Part shown: piece after piece, positions 28,696 through 37,805 of the stretch
How positions within the stretch are numbered: the stretch's first letter is position 1
Layout of the letters: each line of letters starts with the position of its first letter
From: Nitrospiraceae bacterium
Lineage (GTDB): Bacteria; Nitrospirota; Thermodesulfovibrionia; Thermodesulfovibrionales; UBA1546
Direction: 5' to 3'
Assembly: GCA_003599795.1 (NCBI GenBank)
Contig: QZJQ01000037.1
Coordinates: 1 to 63,181, forward strand
Length of the DNA: 63,181 nucleotides
The notes under the pieces: model-generated
Database searches by the model: none
Seen by the model: the letters and a program-made list of their open reading frames with translations, nothing else
What the model was told of the DNA's origin: nothing
Program-made: the position numbers and the translations under genes

Positions 28696-29844
28696 TTAGG
28701 CCTTCCTGCTTCCTTCATATAACTCGTATTTCAGCAGCCTGCATTCAATACTGCCGTTAAAGAACTGTATACGCTTCTTTGCCTTAAGCCCCACCTTTTT
28801 TGCGAGGTTAAGACTTCCAGTGAATATGCAGCCTGTATAGCCCTTGCATCTCTGCTTAAAAAAATCGCCTATTCCCTTGTAGGTATCTTCAAGGGCTTTT
28901 TCCTCTCCCATCCTCTCTCCATATTCAGGATTCAGGATGACTATTTCTCCCCCTTCAGGAACCGGTGTTTCTCTGAAATCGCAGACATAAAACTCAATGA
29001 GGTGTGCAACGCCTGCTGTTTCCGCATTATTTTTCGCGGTTTCTATGGCCTTACTGCTTATGTCAGATGCTATTATCCTGAAGTCAAGCCGCTTTTTTAT
29101 TGAGGACTTTGCGTTTTCCCTTAAGCGTTCCCACGATTCCTCTTTAAATCCTCTAATGTGCATGAAGCCGAAGTTGTCTCTGAGAAGGCCTGGCGGCCTG
29201 TTCAGAGCAATGCTGGCTGCCTCTATGGCAAGTGTTCCGCTTCCGCACATTGGGTTTATGAAATTCCCCTCCCCGCTCCATTCCGTTGCCATGATAACAG
29301 CGGCTGCGAGAGTCTCCTGCATCGGAGCCCCAAGTGGAATTTTTCTGTATCTTCTTTTGGACAGGGGCTCGCCGGAAGTATCTATGTATATGCTGCAATC
29401 TTTATCTTCCCAGTAGAGGTGGATGACGGCTCTGTCCCTCAGAGGGCCCGAGTCAGGCCTCCTTCCAAACTTCTCTGACATCCTGTCCGCTATTGCATCC
29501 TTACATTTAAGGTTCGGATATCTTGTATCGCTTATCGTTGGGTTTTTAACTGATGATGTAATGCACACATATCCATCCTCATGAAGATAATCCTCCCATG
29601 GGATTTTTTTGACCTCAGCGTAAAGTTCTTCGGGATTAGATGCATTGAAATCCCTGATGTGATAGAGGACCCTGTGACCTGTTCTTAAAAAAAGGTTGAG
29701 CCTCATTGCATCTTCCATAAAACCTTTGGTCTCAACCCATGAAACAGAATCGGATTTGACAGGGAATTCAAGCCTTAGGATTTCTTCCTTAAGGTATGGA
29801 GAAATTCCTTTGGGGCATGTTATGAGAATCTTTGTTTTTCCCAT
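28696..29844 (-). CDS. THUMP-domain class I SAM-dependent RNA methyltransferase (RlmL N-half-like)
   Basis: PMCGSGTLAIEA SAM motif and NPEYGER catalytic motif. Confidence 0.82.
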   Translation of the reverse strand: MGKTKILITCPKGISPYLKEEILRLEFPVKSDSVSWVETKGFMEDAMRLNLFLRTGHRVLYHIRDFNASNPEELYAEVKKIPWEDYLHEDGYVCITSSVKNPTISDTRYPNLKCKDAIADRMSEKFGRRPDSGPLRDRAVIHLYWEDKDCSIYIDTSGEPLSKRRYRKIPLGAPMQETLAAAVIMATEWSGEGNFINPMCGSGTLAIEAASIALNRPPGLLRDNFGFMHIRGFKEESWERLRENAKSSIKKRLDFRIIASDISSKAIETAKNNAETAGVAHLIEFYVCDFRETPVPEGGEIVILNPEYGERMGEEKALEDTYKGIGDFFKQRCKGYTGCIFTGSLNLAKKVGLKAKKRIQFFNGSIECRLLKYELYEGSRKA

Positions 29845-29936
29845 CTTAAATCACGAAGTTTTAAAAAAAGATGGCGCTTTGTGTAAAAGTTCAAAAGGAA
29901 ATGCCTGCTTCCGAGCCCTGAAACTCTGTGCTTGTT

Positions 29937-30617
29937 TCACGGGCTTTTTTTAGTTATAAATTTCTCTATTGCTGAAATGAGGCCGTTGTCAGGGTCTGTA
30001 AAAGATATTCCGTAGAGGTTCTGTTTGTTTTGAGATTCTTTTTCTATAATGCGAACAATCTCTGCCTCGGCTGTTATGCTTCCTGAACCCGGAAGAGAAA
30101 ATGAGCATGCTATCGTATCTCCCTCAAAAAGCTCTGCGCCTGAACTGAACAGCATGCCTGATGCGCTTATGTTCTCTATGCTGCCTGAAAATGAGGACTC
30201 TGTTTTTTTACCCTCCAGTTTTATTCTAAGGGGGACCCTGCAAAAGCCCCTTGCTGCGATATTAAGCAGCCTGTGCATCTCCTGAAGAAGGATAGCCGAA
30301 CTTACAGCTCTTGGGAGAAATGCGTTTGCCTTGCAAGCCATGCACCTGTCTGAATCTGACTCTGAAGAGCAGACAATGATGATTGAGACAGCGCACATCT
30401 CAGGGTCTTCACGTATGATGGAACAGAGCTTTTCTCCTGAGACGCCCTTGGTTGAATCAAGGCTTGCCACAATGAGGTCTGCCTTTTCTTTTTTATGGAT
30501 GGCAAGGACGTCCTCGTTCGAGCCGGCAGGCAGCAGCATGAAGCCTGTTCTGTCAAGGAAACTCTGCTCTTTTTTCAGTATCCTGATAATATCTTCTGTG
30601 ACAATGACTTTTTTCAT
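29937..30617 (-). CDS. Receiver-like domain plus PilZ domain protein
   Basis: MKKVIVTED..ADLIVASLD receiver-like N-terminus. C-terminal RVPLR and NISASG are PilZ motifs. ATG 30617 is preferred over the ORF start 30692. Confidence 0.7.
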   Translation of the reverse strand: MKKVIVTEDIIRILKKEQSFLDRTGFMLLPAGSNEDVLAIHKKEKADLIVASLDSTKGVSGEKLCSIIREDPEMCAVSIIIVCSSESDSDRCMACKANAFLPRAVSSAILLQEMHRLLNIAARGFCRVPLRIKLEGKKTESSFSGSIENISASGMLFSSGAELFEGDTIACSFSLPGSGSITAEAEIVRIIEKESQNKQNLYGISFTDPDNGLISAIEKFITKKSP

Positions 30618-30760
30618 AACAGTTGCCGTAAGAGTATTTTGTAAAAAGATTTCAAAAAATGCAATATAGCTTGAAGCCTGACGTGCTATCAATCTATAAT
30701 ATCAAGCCGTCGTATAAGAGAAATAAGAAGTAGAAGTTTAATAATGCCCTGGGGGAGTCA

Positions 30761-31093
30761 ATGGAGATAAGCGTTGGCGTCGGAAATGATTCAATAGCCA
30801 TTGTTGTTCAAAATCCATTTCATATTGACATGGATTCTGTTGCAGGGCAGATAGATGCCTTTTGTTCTTTAAAAGGCGCTGCTCTTAACGGCGTTGATAT
30901 AAGAGGGCTGATTTCTCAAATGGTGAGGGGCATCGCAGGGTGCGAGAGGGGATGCCCGGCTGATGCAAAGGAGTTTGTCCACAGAGGTTTTAAGGGCTTC
31001 AGCCTGGCCTATGTTGAAGGCGGCATTCTCACTGCAAAAGCAGTGATTGGCAATAATAAAGAGCTTTCAATAAAGATGTTTCCTGATTTTTAG
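30761..31093 (+). CDS. Hypothetical protein, 110 aa
   Basis: ORF only; no family recognised. Confidence 0.35.
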   Translation: MEISVGVGNDSIAIVVQNPFHIDMDSVAGQIDAFCSLKGAALNGVDIRGLISQMVRGIAGCERGCPADAKEFVHRGFKGFSLAYVEGGILTAKAVIGNNKELSIKMFPDF

Positions 31094-31142
31094 GGCAGTG
31101 CTTTTTCTGGCAGGCGGCCTGAAAATCTTTAAGGGTGCGGAT

Positions 31143-31733
31143 ATGAACATTGTCCTTGCAACAAGAAACAAGAAAAAGGTTGAAGAGATAAAGAGGATTG
31201 TGAAGGATATGCCTGTCACTATCTACACGCTTGATGATTTTCCCGAATGCCCTGAAGTTGAAGAAGACGGCAAGACCTTTGAAGAAAATGCTGTGAAGAA
31301 GGCAAAGGCTGTTTCAAAATATACGAAGATGCCTGCCCTTGCTGATGATTCGGGGCTTGAGGTTTATGCCTTGGACGGGGCGCCAGGGGTTTTTTCTGCA
31401 AGGTATGCCGGCGGGGATGCGGATGACAAAAGAAATTGCGAGAAGCTCTTAAATGAGATGAAATCCGTCAGCAGTGAAAACAGAGGCGCGCGTTTTGTCT
31501 GCTGCATTGCCTTTGCATTCCCTGACAGCAGGGTGGAGACTTTTTCAGGATATGCAGAAGGGCGGATAGGGACAGAGCCAAAAGGGGCTAACGGATTCGG
31601 ATATGACCCTGTTTTTTATCCAAAAGGGCATGAAAGGACCTTTGCCGAGATGTCCGATAAGGAAAAAGACCGTCTCAGCCACAGAGGCGCGGCGCTGGGC
31701 AGGGTTTATGATTTTCTTAAAAGAGGTTTATAA
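31143..31733 (+). CDS. rdgB: Non-canonical purine NTP pyrophosphatase (dITP/XTP)
   Basis: MNIVLATRNKKKVEEI...ADDSGLEV..GFGYDPVF..LSHRG. Confidence 0.92.
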   Translation: MNIVLATRNKKKVEEIKRIVKDMPVTIYTLDDFPECPEVEEDGKTFEENAVKKAKAVSKYTKMPALADDSGLEVYALDGAPGVFSARYAGGDADDKRNCEKLLNEMKSVSSENRGARFVCCIAFAFPDSRVETFSGYAEGRIGTEPKGANGFGYDPVFYPKGHERTFAEMSDKEKDRLSHRGAALGRVYDFLKRGL

Positions 31734-31765
31734 GAAAAACTAATAGAATAATTTTTATTTTTTTC

Positions 31766-31794
31766 TTGAAAAAACATAATATTTAGAATAGTAT
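31766..31794 (+). promoter_or_regulatory. Candidate promoter upstream of adk
   Basis: TTGAAA-N17-TAGTAT. Confidence 0.3.
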
Positions 31795-31915
31795 GTAACG
31801 CTTACAAAGACTGCGTAGATTTTTAAAAAATCCTGCAGTAAATACAAGCAACTGCTTTAATCGGTTTTTTATTTTTAATTTAGCGGACAGCAGAGGGAAA
31901 TAAAGGGGGTAAGGT

Positions 31916-32560
31916 ATGAGGATAGTATTGTTAGGTGCGCCTGGCGCTGGCAAAGGAACTCAGGCTAAAAAGCTTATTGACAAATACGGGATTCCGCAGA
32001 TATCTACAGGCGATATCTTAAGACAAAATGTAGCGGAAGGCACTCCGCTCGGCAAAGAGGCAAAGTCCTTTATGGACAAGGGAGAACTTGTGCCTGACAG
32101 GGTGGTTTTGGGCCTTGTAGAGGACAGGCTTAAGAAGGATGACTGCAAGAAAGGTTATATCCTTGACGGTTTCCCGAGAAACACCGCGCAGGCAGAGGCT
32201 CTGGACAAGATATTGGCGTCGCTTAATATGTCATTAACAGGAGCATTGAGCGTGGATGTCCCGAAGGACGACCTTATGAAGAGGCTTACCGGCAGAAGAA
32301 CCTGCAAGGGCTGCGGGCAGATGTACAATATATACTTTTCAGCTCCCAAAAAAGAAGGGCTATGCGACAAATGCGGGGGAGCGCTTTTTCATAGAGATGA
32401 CGATAAAGAGGAGACGATTAAAAGAAGGCTTGATGTTTATGACGCACAGACAGCGCCGCTCATAGACTATTACAAGAAAAGCGGAATTTTAAAGTCTGTT
32501 ACAGGCGTCGGAAGCATTGATGAGATATTCAGCAAGGTTTGCGCAGAAATAACTAAATAG
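31916..32560 (+). CDS. adk: Adenylate kinase (zinc-lid type)
   Basis: MRIVLLGAPGAGKGTQA P-loop; lid CKGCG...CDKCGG. Confidence 0.96.
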   Translation: MRIVLLGAPGAGKGTQAKKLIDKYGIPQISTGDILRQNVAEGTPLGKEAKSFMDKGELVPDRVVLGLVEDRLKKDDCKKGYILDGFPRNTAQAEALDKILASLNMSLTGALSVDVPKDDLMKRLTGRRTCKGCGQMYNIYFSAPKKEGLCDKCGGALFHRDDDKEETIKRRLDVYDAQTAPLIDYYKKSGILKSVTGVGSIDEIFSKVCAEITK

Positions 32561-32564
32561 GTCA

Positions 32565-32597
32565 TATAGGTCATATAAGACCTATACTTTTAATTTT
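32565..32597 (+). terminator. Hairpin/partial terminator between adk and sat
   Basis: TATAGGTC-atataa-GACCTATA (8-bp perfect stem) followed by CTTTTAATTTT. Confidence 0.5.
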
Positions 32598-32610
32598 CAA
32601 GGAGGAAAGA

Positions 32611-33810
32611 ATGGCATTGATTCAACCACATGGTTCAGACAAACTAAATCCACTGTTTGTGTATGACACGGCTGCAAATGAAGCTCTGCAGAAAGAGGCT
32701 AAAGGTCTGCCTTCTATTGTTGTGAGCTCAGCTACTGCAGCTAATGCAGTTATGATGGGCGGCGGGTACTTCAACCCTTTAACAGGCTACATGAATAAAG
32801 CTGATGCACTATCTGTTGCTAACAATATGAAGACGACATCAGGGTTGTTCTGGCCTACTCCAATTTTGAACCTGGTTAAAAATGCAGGCTCAATCAAGGC
32901 GGGCGATCGCATTGCGCTGAAAGATCCAAATGTCGAAGGCAATCCTGTGCTGGCTGTTATGGATGTAAAAGCTGTAGAAGAATTCAGCGATGCAGATATG
33001 GCGCTGATGTCTGAAAAAGTTTACCGTCCAAAACCGCCTGAAGCACATCCAGGGGTTGAAGCATTCAATGCACAGGGTAAGGTTTGTCTTTCCGGACCAA
33101 TCAAAGTATTAAACTTCTCTTACTTTCAGGATGAATTCCCGGACACCTTCCGTACTGCGGTTGAAATTCGTAACGAAATCACTGAGCGCGGCTGGAAGAA
33201 AGTTGTTGCTTTTCAGACTCGTAACCCGATGCATCTGGCTCACGAAGAACTTTGCCATATGGCAATGAAGCGTTTAGGCTGTGACGGCCTGGTTATTCAC
33301 ATGTTGCTTGGTAAATTGAAGGCAGGAGATATCCCGGCGCCTGTTCGTGATGCTGCGATACGTAAAATGGTTGAGTTGTACTTTCCAAAAAACAGCGCAA
33401 TGATTACCGGTTACGGTTTCGATATGCTTTATGCCGGCCCGCGTGAAGGTGTATTGCATGCCATATTCCGTCAGAACATGGGCGCAACTCATTTCATCGT
33501 TGGCCGTGACCATGCGGGTGTAGGTGACCACTACGGTGCATTTGATGCACAAACTATTTTTGATAATGAGGTTCCTGCCGGCGCGCTTAAAATTGAGATA
33601 TTCAAAGCTGACCACACTGCTTACTCTAAGAAACTGAACAAGGTTGTGATGATGTGCGAAGCGCCTGATCACCAAAAAGAAGACTTTGTTCTGCTTTCAG
33701 GCACAAAGGTCCGTGAAATGTTAGGCAAAGGCATTGCGCCGCCTAAAGAATTCTCACGCCCTGAAGTGGCTGAAATTCTGATTAAGTATTATCAGAGTCT
33801 TGAAAAATAA
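32611..33810 (+). CDS. sat: Sulfate adenylyltransferase (ATP sulfurylase)
   Basis: 399 aa; FQTRNPMHLAHEEL (HxxH) and GRDHAGVG motifs. Confidence 0.95.
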   Translation: MALIQPHGSDKLNPLFVYDTAANEALQKEAKGLPSIVVSSATAANAVMMGGGYFNPLTGYMNKADALSVANNMKTTSGLFWPTPILNLVKNAGSIKAGDRIALKDPNVEGNPVLAVMDVKAVEEFSDADMALMSEKVYRPKPPEAHPGVEAFNAQGKVCLSGPIKVLNFSYFQDEFPDTFRTAVEIRNEITERGWKKVVAFQTRNPMHLAHEELCHMAMKRLGCDGLVIHMLLGKLKAGDIPAPVRDAAIRKMVELYFPKNSAMITGYGFDMLYAGPREGVLHAIFRQNMGATHFIVGRDHAGVGDHYGAFDAQTIFDNEVPAGALKIEIFKADHTAYSKKLNKVVMMCEAPDHQKEDFVLLSGTKVREMLGKGIAPPKEFSRPEVAEILIKYYQSLEK

Positions 33811-33819
33811 AAATACAGA

Positions 33820-33865
33820 GGTTAGGGGTTGGTTTCCAATCCCTAACCCCTAACCGCTAATCCCA
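33820..33865. repeat. GGTTAGGG/CCCTAACC inverted word hairpin in the sat-aprB spacer
   Basis: GGTTAGGGG (33820-33828) pairs with CCCCTAACC (33847-33855). The 13-mer CCAATCCCTAACC is the exact reverse complement of 49815-49827 inside leuS. Confidence 0.85.
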
Positions 33866-33964
33866 AATTTTGTGAGAGGGGGTGAAGGAACAAGTTAGCG
33901 CTTTACGGCTTTAGACTAAAGCCGATTTTGTATTTTAAAAACAATATTACTGAAGGAGGTAAAA

Positions 33965-34384
33965 ATGCCGAGTTTTGTTATTACAGAGAAGTGTGACGGT
34001 TGCAAGGCGCAGGACAAGACAGCATGTCAGTATATCTGTCCTCATGATTTGATGACGCTTGACAGGGAAAAGATGAAGGCATACAATCAGGAGCCCGAGC
34101 AGTGCTGGGAGTGCTTTAATTGTGTGAAGATATGCCCTCAGCAGGCAATAGAGGTAAGGGGTTATTCGGACTTTGTTCCCCTGGGTTCCAGCACCATCCC
34201 TTTGAGAGGCACTGATTCAATAATGTGGACTATCAAATTCAGAAATGGGATTCTGAAGAGATTCAAATTCCCCATCAGAACAACAACGGAAGGCTCCGTT
34301 GATCCGTATGCAGGCAAGCCGGCTCCGGATTTTGCAAATCTTAAAAAGTCCGGGTTCTTTAACGGTCCGGCAAGAACAGAATAG
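33965..34384 (+). CDS. aprB: Adenylylsulfate reductase beta subunit
   Basis: MPSFVITEKCDGCKAQDKTACQYICPHDLM; two ferredoxin-type clusters. Confidence 0.95.
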   Translation: MPSFVITEKCDGCKAQDKTACQYICPHDLMTLDREKMKAYNQEPEQCWECFNCVKICPQQAIEVRGYSDFVPLGSSTIPLRGTDSIMWTIKFRNGILKRFKFPIRTTTEGSVDPYAGKPAPDFANLKKSGFFNGPARTE

Positions 34385-34397
34385 GAGGTGGATATAA

Positions 34398-36401
34398 ATG
34401 GAAAAAGAAACTTGTACATTTTCATATTGTAAAAGACCTGAAGTAACCGAAGTTGAATGCGATCTCCTGATTATGGGCGGTGGCATGGCAGGATGCGGCG
34501 CAGCTTATGAGGCATGCCGCTGGGCCAATGAAAAGGGGCTGAAGGTTGTCATGGTTGATAAAGCAGCAACAGACAGAAGCGGCGCGGTTGCAATGGGCCT
34601 GTCTGCAATCAACACTTATGTCGGCGAAAACAAGGTTGAGGATTATGTCAAATACGTGAGAAATGACCTGATGGGTATCATCAGGGAAGACCTTGTGTTT
34701 GACCTCGGCAGGCACGTTGATAATTCTGTTGAACTGTTTGAGGAATGGGGACTTCCGATATGGAAGAAAGGCGATGACGGTTTTTCACTTGACGGTTTTC
34801 AGGCAGCTGAGGCCGGAAAGAAGTCATTAAAAGATGGCGGCACGCCGGTCAGATCCGGCAAATGGCAGATAATGATTAATGGCGAATCCTACAAAGTGAT
34901 TGTTGCAGAGGCTGCAAAGAAGGCGCTCCAGACCAACCGTGAAAAAACCGGCATGGCGCAGAACCACTTTGAGAGAGTATTCATAGTGAAGGCAGTAAAG
35001 GATACAAACGGCAAAAACGTGGCAGCAGCCATCGGATTCAGCACAAGAGAAAACAAAATTTATTCCTTTAAGGCAAAGGCAATGATCTGCGCAACTGCCG
35101 GAGCAGTTAACTGCTTCAGGCCGAGATCAGTAGGCGAAGGCATGGGAAGGACCTGGTATCCTGTGTTTAGCAGCGGTTCAGGTTATGCCTTTGGAATGCA
35201 AGCCGGAGCAGAGTTGACCTTAATGGAAAACAGGTTCGTGCCAGCAAGATTTAAGGACGGATATGGTCCTGTCGGCGCATGGTTCCTGTTCTTTAAGGCT
35301 AAAGCAACAGACAGCTTTGGCAACGATTACTGCGCGGATAAGGAATATTTTGATGACGCAGTAGCCAGATACGGAGATTATGCAAAAGGCCTTGGCACCG
35401 CTATCAGAAACCATCTTATGATGAGGGCAATGAAGGACGGCAGAGGCCCGATACTCATGAGAACACATGAGGCGATGGCAGCGCTGGGAGCAGCCTTCAC
35501 AGAGAAGCTTGGTGAAAAAGAAGGCAAAAAGAAGATGAAACACCTTGAGGCAGAGGCGTGGGAAGACTTCCTTGATATGGCTATTGGACAGGCATCCATA
35601 TGGGCGGCAAATAACATTGAGCCTGATAAAACTCCTTCTGAAATTATGCCGACAGAGCCGTATCTCTTGGGCTCGCATGCAGGCTGCGCAGGGTTCTGGG
35701 TAAGCGGTCCAGGCGATATTGCCGGCACACCGGAGCATTACAGCTGGGGATATAACAGGATGTCTACTGTACCCGGTCTCTTCATGGCAGGCGACGTTGT
35801 GGGCGCATCAGGCCACAAGTTCTCATCAGGCTCACACGCAGAGGGCAGGATAGCTGCAAAGGCTGCATTAGCATACATCCTTGACCATGCAGACTACAAG
35901 CCTTCACCAAAAATGTCCCTTGATGAGATTGCGGCTGAACTTTATCTGCCGTTTGAGATTTACGAGAAACACAAAACCTATACAACCGAACCGGGCGTTA
36001 ACCCGAACTATATCGGGCCCAAAGCGCTTCAGCTTAGACTGATGAAGATATCTGATGAGTACTTTGGCGGAGTAGCCACATGGTATATGACCTCAAAGAC
36101 CATGCTTGAAACAGGCTTACAGAAGCTTGAGATGCTCAAAGAGGATGCAGGTAAAATGGCAGCAAAAGACCTCCACGAGCTATTAAGGTGCTTTGAAAAC
36201 TATCACAGAATTCTGTCGGTAGAGGCGCATGCAAGGCATATCCTCTTCAGGGAGGAGTCCAGGTACCCTGGTTACTATTACAGGGGCGATTTCAACAAGA
36301 TTGATGATGCAGAATGGAAGTGCTTTACAAACTCCAAGTATGATGTAGAAACCAATAAATGGGAGTTAAAGAAAGTACCGTACGTTCAAATGGTTAAGTA
36401 G
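34398..36401 (+). CDS. aprA: Adenylylsulfate reductase alpha subunit
   Basis: 667 aa flavoprotein; DLLIMGGGMAGCGAA FAD fold; follows aprB. Confidence 0.95.
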   Translation: MEKETCTFSYCKRPEVTEVECDLLIMGGGMAGCGAAYEACRWANEKGLKVVMVDKAATDRSGAVAMGLSAINTYVGENKVEDYVKYVRNDLMGIIREDLVFDLGRHVDNSVELFEEWGLPIWKKGDDGFSLDGFQAAEAGKKSLKDGGTPVRSGKWQIMINGESYKVIVAEAAKKALQTNREKTGMAQNHFERVFIVKAVKDTNGKNVAAAIGFSTRENKIYSFKAKAMICATAGAVNCFRPRSVGEGMGRTWYPVFSSGSGYAFGMQAGAELTLMENRFVPARFKDGYGPVGAWFLFFKAKATDSFGNDYCADKEYFDDAVARYGDYAKGLGTAIRNHLMMRAMKDGRGPILMRTHEAMAALGAAFTEKLGEKEGKKKMKHLEAEAWEDFLDMAIGQASIWAANNIEPDKTPSEIMPTEPYLLGSHAGCAGFWVSGPGDIAGTPEHYSWGYNRMSTVPGLFMAGDVVGASGHKFSSGSHAEGRIAAKAALAYILDHADYKPSPKMSLDEIAAELYLPFEIYEKHKTYTTEPGVNPNYIGPKALQLRLMKISDEYFGGVATWYMTSKTMLETGLQKLEMLKEDAGKMAAKDLHELLRCFENYHRILSVEAHARHILFREESRYPGYYYRGDFNKIDDAEWKCFTNSKYDVETNKWELKKVPYVQMVK

Positions 36402-36410
36402 TTGACGTTT

Positions 36411-36439
36411 TATTGGGGAGGGCTCGGCCCTCCCCAATA
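36411..36439 (+). terminator. Perfect 13-bp hairpin after aprA (attenuator or mRNA-stabilising stem)
   Basis: TATTGGGGAGGGC-tcg-GCCCTCCCCAATA, with a weak T tract after it. Confidence 0.6.
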
Positions 36440-36450
36440 TTCTATTGGTA

Positions 36451-36520
36451 GTTGAAAGTCAGAAGTTAGAAGTTAAGAGTTTTTTAATTTTTAACTTTTA
36501 ATTTTTCACTTTCAACTTTA
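36451..36520. repeat. AT-rich word array as inverted arms (aprA-qmoA spacer)
   Basis: GTTGAAAGTCAGAAGTTAGAAGTTAAGAG...TTTTTAACTTTTAATTTTTCACTTTCAAC. Confidence 0.85.
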
Positions 36521-36543
36521 AACTGTGCTTTTTGGAGGATAAG

Positions 36544-37803
36544 ATGGCAGAGAATAAAAAAATTTTAATAATCGGCGGAGGCATGAGCGGGTTGACTGCT
36601 GCAGTAGAAACGGCAGAGGCCGGCAACGACGCCGTCATAGTTGAAAAAACGCCATTTCTTGGCGGCAGGGTTGCGCAGCTTAACAAGTACTTTCCAAAGC
36701 TGTGTCCGCCAAACTGCGGGCTTGAGATAAATTTCAAGAGGATAAAAAACAATGCTGATGTGACTTTTTACACTCTTGCTGAAGTTGAAAAGATCTCAGG
36801 CGAGGAAGGGAATTACAATGTCGCCGTAAAACTTCAACCGCGGTTCATAAATGACAATTGCACGGGATGCAATGCCTGCGCAGAGGCCTGTCCCGTTGAA
36901 ATGCCGAATGAGTTTAATTTCGGCCTTGATAAAACGAAGACTGCTTATATCGCGCATAATCAGGCCTTTCCGTTTAAGTACGCCATTGACGCCAGATACT
37001 GCAAAGGGAAGGCGTGCGCAAAATGCGTTGATGCCTGCAAATACAATGCGATTGACCTTGACATGAAAGCGGAAACTGTTAACCTGAATGTTGCTTCAGT
37101 TGTTATCGCAACAGGCTGGGATCCGTATGACGCGGGGAATCTGGATATTCTCGGCGGCGGGAAGATAAAAAACGTAATTACCAATATGCAGATGGAAAGA
37201 CTTGCCTCGCCGAACGGCCCAACCTCAGGCAAAATTCTCAGGCCGTCTGACAATAAAGAGGTAAAGAATATAGCGTTTGTTCAGTGCGCAGGGAGCAGAG
37301 ATGAAAACCACCTGCCGTACTGCTCATATATCTGCTGTATGGCATCATTGAAACAGGCAACTTATTTAAGAGAGCAGTATCCGGATTCAAAGGTGAGGAT
37401 ATTCTATATAGACATAAGGACGCCAGGCAGGTATGAACAGTTTTACTGGAAGGTTAAAGAAGACCCTAATGTAACGCTTACAAAAGGCAAGGTCGCCAAG
37501 GTTGCGGAGGACACTGCAACCGGCGATGTTGAATTAGTTGTTGAAGATGTATTAGCCGGCAAGAAGATTACTGAGAAATATGAAATGGTTGTGCTTGCAA
37601 CAGGTATGGTGCCGTCAACAAAGAACTTTAAAATACCGGGAGACATTTCATACACAAATGACGGTTTTGTAGCAATGTCAAGCTTAAAGAAGGGCATATA
37701 TGCGGTAGGCACGGCAAAGAACCCTGTTGATGTGGCTAAGTCCGTTCAGGAGGCGACTGGCGTTGCGATTAAGAGCATTCAGAGCGCAAGGAGGTCAAAA
37801 TAG
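36544..37803 (+). CDS. qmoA: Quinone-interacting membrane-bound oxidoreductase subunit A (HdrA-like)
   Basis: KILIIGGGMSGLTAA FAD fold; Cys clusters. ATG 36544 follows GGAGGA (the ORF track starts at TTG 36532). Confidence 0.9.
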   Translation: MAENKKILIIGGGMSGLTAAVETAEAGNDAVIVEKTPFLGGRVAQLNKYFPKLCPPNCGLEINFKRIKNNADVTFYTLAEVEKISGEEGNYNVAVKLQPRFINDNCTGCNACAEACPVEMPNEFNFGLDKTKTAYIAHNQAFPFKYAIDARYCKGKACAKCVDACKYNAIDLDMKAETVNLNVASVVIATGWDPYDAGNLDILGGGKIKNVITNMQMERLASPNGPTSGKILRPSDNKEVKNIAFVQCAGSRDENHLPYCSYICCMASLKQATYLREQYPDSKVRIFYIDIRTPGRYEQFYWKVKEDPNVTLTKGKVAKVAEDTATGDVELVVEDVLAGKKITEKYEMVVLATGMVPSTKNFKIPGDISYTNDGFVAMSSLKKGIYAVGTAKNPVDVAKSVQEATGVAIKSIQSARRSK

Positions 37804-37805
37804 CA

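Noticed and set aside
28168-28722. 184-aa plus-strand ORF.
   Set aside because: It is antisense to dusB, which has clear family motifs; it is a shadow ORF.
33820-33865. Telomere-like CCCTAA/TTAGGG strings (also at 49795-49827), suggesting eukaryotic contamination or a linear-replicon end.
   Set aside because: There are only 2-5 degenerate units. They are embedded in a bacterial spacer and inside the intact leuS ORF, and they form a hairpin. This is not a terminal array.
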